From positions 101,292 through 165,291 of the forward strand of contig JBHGNT010000057.1 in the NCBI GenBank assembly GCA_043228905.1: a stretch of DNA of 64,000 nt, given 5' to 3'. Positions 39,630 to 52,000 of this stretch are shown here, piece after piece. The notes beneath the pieces were generated by a model. The model was not told where the DNA came from. It searched no databases and saw only the letters and a list, made by a program, of their open reading frames with translations. Source of the stretch: Azolla caroliniana. Its lineage: Eukaryota; Plantae; Polypodiophyta. The number at the start of each line of letters is the position of its first letter. Position 1 is the first letter of the stretch. The position numbers were made by a program, and so were the translations under genes.

Positions 39630-42600
39630 AGTATGAACATTTTAATTTACTCAAGGGCTCCTCTCAACTCCCTGCTCAAATTATGTAATTTCGTCATGTC
39701 TCTCGACCTGAGTTTCAAAATCTTGATTTTTTAATTCCATATGATAGCTAGCGTTGTTAGCTTCGATTCGCATGTTTGAACACAAAAATCCGATATCACA
39801 CTCGCCAGGTATGAACATTTTAATTTACTCAAGGGTTCCTCTCAACTCCCTCCTCAAATTTGGTAATTTCGTCATGTCTCTCGACCTGAGTTTCAAAATC
39901 TTGATTTTTTAATTCCATATCATAGCTAGCGTTGTTAGCTTCGATTCGCAAGTTTGAACACAAAAATCCGATATCACACGAGCCAGGTATGAACATATTT
40001 TAATTTACTCAAGGGCTCCTCTCAACTTAGTCCTCAAATTTGGTAATTTCGTCATGTCTCTCGACCTGAGTTTCAAAATCTTGATTTTTTAATTCCATAT
40101 CATAGCTAGCGTTGTTAGCTTCGATTCGCATGTTTGAATACAAAAATCCGATATCACACGAGCCAGGTATGAACATTTTAATTTACTCAGGGGCTCCTTT
40201 GAACTCCCTCCTCAAATCTGGTAATTTCGTCATGTCTCTCGACCTGAGTTTCAAAATCTTGATTTTTTAATTCCATATCATAGCTAGCGTTGTTAGCTTC
40301 GATTCGCATGTTTGAACACAAAAATCCGATATCACACGAGCCAGGTATGAACATTTTAATTTACTCAAGGGTTCCTCTCAACTCCCTCCTCAAATGTGGT
40401 AATTTCGTCATGTCTCTCGACCTGAGTTTCAAAATCTTGATTTTTTAATTCCATATCATAGCTAGCGTTGTTAGCTTCGATTCGCTAGTTGGAACACAAA
40501 AATCCGATATCACACTCGCCAGGTATGAACATTTTAATTTACCTACTAGCTCTTCTCAACTCCCTCCTCAAATGTGGTAATTTCGTCATGTCTCTCAACC
40601 TGAGTTTCAAAATCTTGATTTTATAATTCCATATCATAGCTAGCGTTGTTAGCTTCGATTCGCATGTTTGAACACAAAAAACCGATGTCACACTTGCCAG
40701 GTATGAACATTTTAATTTACTGAAGGGTTCCTCTCAACTCCCTCCTCAAATTTGGTAATTTCGTCATGTCTCTCGACCTGAGTTTCAAAATCTTGATTTT
40801 TTAATTCCATATCATAGCTAGCGTTGTTAGCTTCGATTCGCATGTTTGAATACAAAAATCCGATATCACACTCGCCAGGTATGAACATTTTAATTTACTC
40901 AAGGGCTCCTTTGAACTCCCTCCTCAAATGTGGTAATTTCGTCATGTCTTTCGACCTGAGTTTCAAAATCTTGATTTTTTAAGTCCATATCATAGCTAGC
41001 GTTGTTAGCTTCGATTCGCATGTTTGAATACAAAAATCCGATATCACACGAGCCAGGTATGAACATTTTAATTTACTCAAGGGTTCCTCTCAACTCCCTC
41101 CTCAAATGTGGTAATTTCGTCATGTCTCTCGACCTGAGTTTCAAAAGCTTGATTTTTTAATTCCATATCATAGCTAGCGTTGTTAGCTTCGATTCGCATG
41201 TTTGAATACAAAAATCCGATATCACACGAGCCAGGTATGAACATTTTAATTTACTCAAGGGCTCCTTTGAACTCCCTCCTCAAATGTGGTAATTTCGTCA
41301 TGTCTCTCGACCTGAGTTTCAAAATCTTGATTTTTTAAGTCCATATCATAGCTAGCGTTGTTAGCTTCGATTCGCATGTTTGAACACAAAAATCCGATAT
41401 CACACGAGCCAGGTATGAACATTTTAATTTACTCAAGGGTTCCTCTCAACTCCCTCCTCAAATTTGGTAATTTCGTCATGTCTCTCGACCTGAGTTTCAA
41501 AATCTTGATTTTTTAATTCCATATCATAGCTAGCGTTGTTAGCTTCGATTCGCATGTTTGAATACAAAAATCCGATATCACACGAGCCAGGTATGAACAT
41601 TTTAATTTACTCAAGGGCTCCTTTGAACTCCCTCCTCAAATCTGGTAATTTCGTCATGTCTCTCGACCTGAGTTTCAAAATCTTGATTTTTTAATTCCAT
41701 ATCATAGCTAGCGTTGTTAGCTTCGATTCGCATGTTTGAACACAAAAAACCGATATCACACTCGCCAGGTATGAACATTTTAATTTACTCAAGGGTTCCT
41801 CTCAACTCCCTCCTCAAATTTGGTAATTTCGTCATGTCTCTCGACCTGAGTTTCAAAATCTTGATTTTTTAATTCCATATCATAGCTAGCGTTGTTAGCT
41901 TCGATTCGCATGTTTGAATACAAAAATCCGATATCACACGAGCCAGGTATGAACATTTTAATTTACTCAAGGGCTCCTTTGAACTCCCTCCTCAAATGTG
42001 GTAATTTCGTCATGTCTCTCGACCTGAGTTTCAAAATCTTGATTTTTTAATTCCATATCATAGCTAGCGTTGTTAGCTTCGATTCGCATGTTTGAACACA
42101 AAAATCCGATATCACACGAGCCAGGTATGAACATTTTAATTTACTCAAGGGCTCCTTTGAACTCCCTCCTCAAATGTGGTAATTTCGTCATGTCTCTCGA
42201 CCTGAGTTTCAAAATCTTGATTTTTTAATTCCATATCATAGCTAGCGTTGTTAGCTTCGATTCGCATGTTTGAACACAAAAATCCGATATCACACGAGCC
42301 AGGTATGAACATTTTAATTTACTCAAGGCCTCCTCTCAACTCCCTGCTCAAATTTGGTAATTTCGTCATGTCTCTCGACCTGAGTTTCAAAATCTTGATT
42401 TTTTAAGTCCATATCATAGCTAGCGTTGTTAGCTTCGATTCGCATGTTTGAATACAAAAATCCGATATCACACGAGCCAGGTATGAACATTTTAATTTAC
42501 TCAAGGGCTCCTTTGAACTCCCTCCTCAAATGTGGTAATTTCGTCATGTCTCTCGACCTGAGTTTCAAAATCTTGATTTTTTAAGTCCATATCATAGCTA

Positions 42601-45600
42601 GCGTTGTTAGCTTCGATTCGCATGTTTGAACACAAAAATCCGATATCACACTCGCCAGGTATGAACATTTTAATTTACTCAAGGGTTCCTCTCAACTCCC
42701 TCCTCAAATTTGGTAATTTCGTCATGTCTCTCGACCTGAGTTTCAAAATCTTGATTTTTTAATTCCATATCATAGCTAGCGTTGTTAGCTTCGATTCGCA
42801 TGTTTGAATACAAAAATCCGATATCACACGAGCCAGGTATGAACATTTTAATTTACTCAAGGGCTCCTTTGAACTCCCTCCTCAAATGTGGTAATTTCGT
42901 CATGTCTCTCGACCTGAGTTTCAAAATCTTGATTTTTTAAATTCCATATCATAGCTAGCGTTGTTGGCTTCGATTCGCATGTTTGAATACAAAAATCCGA
43001 TATCACACGAGCCAGGTATGAACATTTTAATTTACTCAAGGGCTCCTTTGAACTCCCTCCTCAAATTATGTAATTTCGTCATGTCTCTCGACCTGAGTTT
43101 CAAAATCTTAATTTTTTAATTCCAGATGATAGCTAGCGTTGTTAGCTTCGATTCGCTAGTTGGAACACAAAAATCCGATATCACACGAGCCAAGTATGAA
43201 CATTTTAATTTACTCAAGGGCTCCTCTCAACTCCCTGCTCAAATTATGTAATTTCGTCATGTCTCTCGACCTGAGTTTCAAAATCTTGATATTTTAATTG
43301 CATATGATAGCTAGCGTTGTTAGCTTCGATTCGCATGTTTGAACACAAAAATCCGATATCACACTCGCCAGGTATGAACATTTTAATTTACTCAAGGGTT
43401 CCTCTCAACTCCCTCCTCAAATTTGGTAATTTCGTCATGTCTCTCGACTTGAGTTTTAAAATCTTGATTTTTTAATTCCATATCATAGCTAGCGTTGTTA
43501 GCTTCGATTCGCAAGTTTGAACACAAAAATCCGATATCACACGAGCCAGGTATGAACATTTTAATTTACCTACTAGCTCTTCTCAACTCATTCCTCAAAT
43601 TTGGTAATTTCGTCATGTCTCTCGACCTGAGTTTCAAAATCTTGTTTTTTTAATTCCATATCATAGCTAGCATTGTTATCTTCGATTCGCATGTTTGAAC
43701 ACACAAATCCGATATCACACTCGCCAGGTATGAACATTATAATTTACTCAAGAGCTCTTGTGAACTCCCTCCTCAAATGTGGTAATTTCGTCATGTCTCT
43801 CGACCTGAGTTTCAAAAGCTTGATTTTTTAATTCCATATCATAGCTAACGTTGTTAGCTTCGATTCGCATGTTTGAATACAAAAATCCGATATCACACGA
43901 GCCAGGTATGAACATTTTAATTTACTCAAGGGCTCCTTTGAACTCCCTCCTCAAATGTGGTAATTTCGTCATGTCTCTCGACCTGAGTTTCAAAATCTTG
44001 ATTTTTTAAGTCCATATCATAGCTAGCGTTGTTAGCTTCGATTCGCATGTTTGAACACAAAAATCCGATATCACACGAGCCAGGTATGAACATTTTAATT
44101 TACTCAAGGGTTCCTCTCAACTCCCTCCTCAAATTTGGTAATTTCGTCATGTCTCTCGACCTGAGTTTCAAAATCTTGATTTTTTAATTCCATATCATAG
44201 CTAGCGTTGTTAGCTTCGATTCGCATGTTTGAATACAAAAATCCGATATCACACGAGCCAGGTATGAACATTTTAATTTACTCAAGGGCTCCTTTGAACT
44301 CCCTCCTCAAATGTGGTAATTTCGTCATGTCTCTCGACTTGAGTTTCAAAATTTTGATTTTTTAATTCCATATCATAGCTAGCGTTGTTAGCTTCGATTC
44401 GCATGTTTGAACACAAAAAACCGATATCACACTCGCCAGGTATGAACATTTTAATTTACTCAAGGGTTCCTCTCAACTCCCTCCTCAAATTTGGTAATTT
44501 CGTCATGTCTCTCGACCTGAGTTTCAAAATCTTGATTTTTTAATTCCATATCATAGCTAGCGTTGTTAGCTTCGATTCGCATGTTTGAATACAAAAATCC
44601 GATATCACACGAGCCAGGTATGAACATTTTAATTTACTCAAGGGCTCCTTTGAACTCCCTCCTCAAATGTGGTAATTTCGTCATGTCTCTCGACCTGAGT
44701 TTCAAAATCTTGATTTTTTAAGTCCATATCATAGCTAGCGTTGTTAGCTTCGATTCGCATGTTTGAACACAAAAAACCGATATCACACTCGCCAGGTATG
44801 AACATTTTAATTTACTCAAGGGTTCCTCTCAACTCCCTCCTCAAATTTGGTAATTTCGTCATGTCTCTCGACCTGAGTTTCAAAATCTTGATTTTTTAAT
44901 TCCATATCATAGCTAGCGTTGTTAGCTTCGATTCGCATGTTTGAATACAAAAATCCGATATCACACGAGCCAGGTATGAACATTTTAATTTACTCAAGGG
45001 CTCCTTTGAACTCCCTCCTCAAATTATGTAATTTCGTCATGTCTCTCGACCTGAGTTTCAAAATCTTAATTTTTTAATTCCAGATGATAGCTAGCGTTGT
45101 TAGCTTCGATTCGCTAGTTGGAACACAAAAATCCGATATCACACGAGCCAGGTATGAACATTTTAATTTACATACTAGCTCTTCTCAACTCATTCCTCAA
45201 ATTTGGTAATTTCGTCATGTCTCTCGACTTGAGTTTAAAAATCTTGATTTTTTAATTCCATATGATAGCTAGCGTTGTTAGCTTCGATTCGCATGTTTGA
45301 ACACAAAAATCCGATATCACACGAGCCAGGTATGAACATTTTAATTTACTCAAGGGCTCCTTTGAACTCCCTCCTCAAATGTGGTAATTTCGTCATGTCT
45401 TTCGACCTGAGTTTCAAAATCTTGATTTTTTAAGTCCATATCATAGCTAGCGTTGTTAGCTTCGATTCGCATGTTTGAACACAAAAATCCGATATCACAC
45501 GAGCCAGGTATGAACATTTTAATTTACTCAAGGGCTCCTCTCAACTACCTGCTCAAATTTGGTAATTTCGTCATGTCTCTCGACCTGAGTTTCAAAATCT

Positions 45601-46037
45601 TGATTTTTTAAATTCCATATCATAGCTAGCGTTGTTAGCTTCGATTCGCATGTTTGAACACAAAAATCCGATATCACACGAGCCAGGTATGAACATTTTA
45701 ATTTACTCAAGGGTTCCTCTTAACTCCCTCCTCAAATTTGGTAATTTCGTCATGTCTCTCGACCTGAGTTTCAAAATCTTGATTTTATAATTCCATATCA
45801 TAGCTAGCGTTGTTAGCTTCGATTCGCATGTTTGAACACAAAAAACCGATGTCACACTTGCCAGGTATGAACATTTTAATTTACTGAAGGGTTCCTCTCA
45901 ACTCCCTCCTCAAATTTGGTAATTTCGTCATGTCTCTCGACCTGAGTTTCAAAATCTTGATTTTTTAATTCCATATCATAGCTAGCGTTGTTAGCTTCGA
46001 TTCGCATGTTTGAATACAAAAATCCGATATCACACTC

Positions 46038-49000
46038 GCCAGGTATGAACATTTTAATTTACTCAAGGGCTCCTTTGAACTCCCTCCTCAAATGTGGTAA
46101 TTTCGTCATGTCTTTCGACCTGAGTTTCAAAATCTTGATTTTTTAAGTCCATATCATAGCTAGCGTTGTTAGCTTCGATTCGCATGTTTGAATACAAAAA
46201 TCCGATATCACACGAGCCAGGTATGAACATTTTAATTTACTCAAGGGTTCCTCTCAACTCCCTCCTCAAATTTGGTAATTTCGTCATGTCTCTCGACCTG
46301 AGTTTCAAAATCTTGATTTTATAATTCCATATCATAGCTAGCGTTGTTAGCTTCGATTCGCATGTTTGAACACAAAAAACCGATATCACACTCGCCAGGT
46401 ATGAACATTTTAATTTACTGAAGGGTTCCTCTCAACTCCCTCCTCAAATTTGGTAATTTCGTCATGTCTCTCGACCTGAGTTTCAAAATCTTGATTTTTA
46501 AATTCCATATCATAGCTAGCGTTGTTAGCTTCGATTCGCATGTTTGAATACAAAAATCCGATATCACACGAGCCAGGTATGAACATTTTAATTTACTCAA
46601 GGGATCCTTTGAACTCATTCCTCAAATTTGGTAATTTCGTCATGTCTCTCGACCTGAGTTTCAAAATCTTGATTTTTTAATTCCATATCATAGCTAGCAT
46701 TGTTATCTTCGATTCGCATGTTTGAACACACAAATCCGATATCACACTCGCCAGGTATGAACATTTTAATTTACTCAAGAGCTCTTGTGAACTCCCTCCT
46801 CAAATGTGGTAATTTCGTCATGTCTCTCGACCTGAGTTTCAAAAGCTTGATTTTTTAATTCCATATGATAGCTAGCGTTGTTAGCTTCGATTCGCATGTT
46901 TGAACAGAAAAATCCGATATCACACTCGCCAGGTATGAACATTTTAATTTACCTACTAGCTCTTCTCAACTCATTCCTCAAATTTGGTAATTTCGTCATG
47001 TCTCTCGAGCTGAGTTTTAAAATCTTGATTTTTTAATTCCATATGATAGCTAGCGTTGTTAGCTTCGATTCGCAAGTTTGAACACAAAAATCCGATATCA
47101 CACGAGCCAGGTATGAACATATTTTAATTTACTCAAGGGCTCCTCTCAACTTAGTCCTCAAATTTGGTAATTTCGTCATGTCTCTCGACCTGAGTTTCAA
47201 AATCTTGATTTTTTAATTCCATATCATAGCTAGCGTTGTTAGCTTCGATTCGCATGTTTGAATACAAAAATCCGATATCACACGAGCCAGGTATGAACAT
47301 TTTAATTTACTCAAGGGCTCCTTTGAACTCCCTCCTCAAATCTGGTAATTTCGTCATGTCTCTCGACTTGAGTTTCAAAATCTTGATTTTTTAATTCCAT
47401 ATCATAGCTAGCGTTGTTAGCTTCGATTCGCAAGTTTGAACACAAAAATCCGATATCACACGAGCCAGGTATGAACATTTTAATTTACTCAAGGGTTCCT
47501 CTCAACTCCCTCCTCAAATGTGGTAATTTCGTCATGTCTCTCGACCTGAGTTTCAAAATCTTGATTTTTTAATTCCATATCATAGCTAGCGTTGTTAGCT
47601 TCGATAATCACACGAGCCAGGTATGAACATTTTAATTTACTCAAGGGTTCCTCTCAACTCCCTCCTCAAATTTGGTAATTTCGTCATGTCTCTCGACCTG
47701 AGTTTCAAAATCTTGATTTTTTAATTCCATATCATAGCTAGCGTTGTTAGCTTCGATTCGCATGTTTGAACACAAAAAACCGATATCACACTCGCCAGGT
47801 ATGAACATTTTAATTTACTCAAGGGTTCCTCTCAACTCCCTCCTCAAATTTGGTAATTTCGTCATGTCTCTCGACCTGAGTTTCAAAATCTTGATTTTTT
47901 AATTCCATATCATAGCTAGCGTTGTTAGCTTCGATTCGCATGTTTGAATACAAAAATCCGATATCACACGAGCCAGGTATGAACATTTTAATTTACTCAA
48001 GGGATCCTTTGAACTCATTCCTCAAATTTGGTAATTTCGTCATGTCTCTCGACCTGAGTTTCAAAATCTTGATTTTTTAATTCCATATCATAGCTAGCAT
48101 TGTTATCTTCGATTCGCATGTTTGAACACACAAATCCGATATCACACTCGCCAGGTATGAACATTTTAATTTACTCAAGAGCTCTTGTGAACTCCCTCCT
48201 CAAATGTGGTAATTTCGTCATGTCTCTCGACCTGAGTTTCAAAAGCTTGATTTTTTAATTCCATATGATAGCTAGCGTTGTTAGCTTCGATTCGCATGTT
48301 TGAACAGAAAAATCCGATATCACACTCGCCAGGTATGAACATTTTAATTTACCTACTAGCTCTTCTCAACTCATTCCTCAAATTTGGTAATTTCGTCATG
48401 TCTCTCGAGCTGAGTTTTAAAATCTTGATTTTTTAATTCCATATGATAGCTAGCGTTGTTAGCTTCGATTCGCAAGTTTGAACACAAAAATCCGATATCA
48501 CACGAGCCAGGTATGAACATATTTTAATTTACTCAAGGGCTCCTCTCAACTTAGTCCTCAAATTTGGTAATTTCGTCATGTCTCTCGACCTGAGTTTCAA
48601 AATCTTGTTTTTTAATTCCATATCATAGCTAGCGTTGTTAGCTTCGATTCGCATGTTTGAATACAAAAATCCGATATCACACGAGCCAGGTATGAACATT
48701 TTAATTTACTCAAGGGCTCCTTTGAACTCCCTCCTCAAATCTGGTAATTTCGTCATGTCTCTCGACTTGAGTTTCAAAATCTTGATTTTTTAATTCCATA
48801 TCATAGCTAGCGTTGTTAGCTTCGATTCGCAAGTTTGAACACAAAAATCCGATATCACACGAGCCAGGTATGAACATTTTAATTTACTCAAGGGTTCCTC
48901 TCAACTCCCTCCTCAAATGTGGTAATTTCGTCATGTCTCTCGACCTGAGTTTCAAAATCTTGATTTTTTAATTCCATATCATAGCTAGCGTTGTTAGCTT

Positions 49001-52000
49001 CGATTCGCATGTTTGAATACAAAAATCCGATATCACACGAGCCAGGTATGAACATTTTAATTTACTCAAGGGCTCCTTTGAACTCCCTCCTCAAATGTGG
49101 TAATTTCGTCATGTCTGTCGACCTGAGTTTCAAAATCTTGATTTTTTAAGTCCATATCATAGCTAGCGTTGTTAGCTTCGATTCGCAAGTTTGAACACAA
49201 AAATCCGATATCACACGAGCCAGGTATGAACATTTTAATTTACTCAAGGGCTCCTCTCAACTCCCTGCTCAAATTTGGTAATTTCGTCATGTCTCTCGAC
49301 CTGAGTTTCAAAATCTTGATTTTTTAATTCCATATCATAGCTAGCGTTGTTAGCTTCGATTCGCAAGTTTGAACACAAAAATCCGATATCACACGAGCCA
49401 GGTATGAACATATTTTAATTTACTCAAGGGCTCCTCTCAACATAGTCCTCAAATTTGGTAATTTCGTCATGTCTCTCGACCTGAGTTTCAAAATCTTGAT
49501 TTTTTAATTCCATATCATAGCTAGCGTTGTTAGCTTCGATTCGCATGTTTGAATACAAAAATCCGATATCACACGAGCCAGGTATGAACATTTTAATTTA
49601 CTCAAGGGCTCCTTTGAACTCCCTCCTCAAATCTGGTAATTTCGTCATGTCTCTCGACCTGAGTTTCAAAATCTTGATTTTTTAATTCCATATCATAGCT
49701 AGCGTTCTTAGCTTCGATTCGCAAGTTTGAACACAAAAATCCGATATCACACGAGCCAGGTATGAACATTTTAATTTACTCAAGGGCTCCTTTGAACTCC
49801 CTCCTCAAATTATGTAATTTCGTCATGTCTCTCGACCTGAGTTTCAAAATCTTAATTTTTTAATTCCAGATGATAGCTAGCGTTGTTAGCTTCGATTCGC
49901 TAGTTGGAACACAAAAATCCGATATCACACTCGCCAGGTATGAACATTTTAATTTACCTACTAGCTCTTCTCAAGTCCCTCCTCAAATTATGTAATTTCG
50001 TCATGTCTCTCGACCTGAGCTTCATAATCTTGATTTTTTAATTCCATATCATAGCTAGCGTTGTTAGCTTCGATTCGCAAGTTTGAACACAAAAATCCGA
50101 TATCACACGAGCCAGGTATGAACATATTTTAATTTACTCAAGGGCTCCTCTCAACTCCCTGCTCAAATTTGGTAATTTCGTCATGTCTCTCGACCTGAGT
50201 TTCAAAATCTTGATTTTTTAATTCCATATCATAGCTAGCGTTGTTAGCTTCGATTCGCATGTTTGAACACAAAAATCCGATATCACACGAGCCAGGTATG
50301 AACATTTTAATTTACTCAAGGGCTCCTCTCAACTCCCTGCTCAAATTTGGTAATTTCGTCATGTCTCTCGACCTGAGTTTTAAAATCTTGATTTTTTAAT
50401 TCCATATCATAGCTAGCGTTGTTAGCTTCGATTCGCATGTTTGAACACAAAAATCCGATATCACACGAGCCAAGTATGAACATTTTAATTTACTCAAGGG
50501 CTCCTCTCAACTCCCTGCTCAAATTATGTAATTTCGTCATGTCTCTCGACCTGAGTTTCAAAATCTTGATTTTTTAATTCCATATGATAGCTAGCGTTGT
50601 TAGCTTCGATTCGCATGTTTGAACACAAAAATCCGATATCACACTCGCCAGGTATGAACATTTTAATTTACTCAAGGGTTCCTCTCAACTCCCTCCTCAA
50701 ATTTGGTAATTTCGTCATGTCTCTCGACCTGAGTTTCAAAATCTTGATTTTTTAATTCCATATCATAGCTAGCGTTGTTAGCTTCGATTCGCAAGTTTGA
50801 ACACAAAAATCCGATATCACACGAGCCAGGTATGAACATATTTTAATTTACTCAAGGGCTCCTCTCAACTTAGTCCTCAAATTTGGTAATTTCGTCATGT
50901 CTCTCGACCTGAGTTTCAAAATCTTGATTTTTTAATTCCATATCATAGCTAGCGTTGTTAGCTTCGATTCGCATGTTTGAATACAAAAATCCGATATCAC
51001 ACGAGCCAGGTATGAACATTTTAATTTACTCAAGGGTTCCTCTCAACTCCCTCCTCAAATTTGGTAATTTCGTCATGTCTCTCGACCTGAGTTTGAAAAT
51101 CTTGATTTTTTAATTCCATATCATAGCTAGCGTTGTTAGCTTCGATTCACATGTTTGAACACAAAAAACCGATATCACACTCGCCAGGTATGAACATTTT
51201 AATTTACTCAAGGGTTCCTCTCAACTCCCTCCTCAAATTTGGTAATTTCGTCATGTCTCTCGACCTGAGTTTCAAAATCTTGATTTTTTAATTCCATATC
51301 ATAGCTAGCGTTGTTAGCTTCGATTCGCATGTTTGAATACAAAAATCCGATATCACACGAGCCAGGTATGAACATTTTAATTTACTCAAGGGCTCCTTTG
51401 AACTCCCTCCTCAAATGTGGTAATTTCGTCATGTCTGTCGACCTGAGTTTCAAAATCTTGATTTTTTAAGTCCATATCATAGCTAGCGTTGTTAGCTTCG
51501 ATTCGCAAGTTTGAATACAAAAATCCGATATCACACGAGCCAGGTATGAACATTTTAATTTACTCAAGGGCTCCTTTGAACTCCCTCCTCAAATGTGGTA
51601 ATTTCGTCATGTCTGTCGACCTGAGTTTCAAAATCTTGATTTTTTAAGTCCATATCATAGCTAGCGTTGTTAGCTTCGATTCGCATGTTTGAATACAAAA
51701 ATCCGATATCACACGAGCCAGGTATGAACATTTTAATTTACTCAAGGGCTCCTTTGAACTCCCTCCTCAAATCTGGTAATTTCGTCATGTCTCTCGACCT
51801 GAGTTTCAAAATCTTGATTTTTTAATTCCATATCATAGCTAGCGTTCTTAGCTTCGATTCGCAAGTTTGAACACAAAAATCCGATATCACACGAGCCAGG
51901 TATGAACATTTTAATTTACTCAAGGGCTCCTTTGAACTCCCTCCTCAAATTATGTAATTTCGTCATGTCTCTCGACCTGAGTTTCAAAATCTTAATTTTT

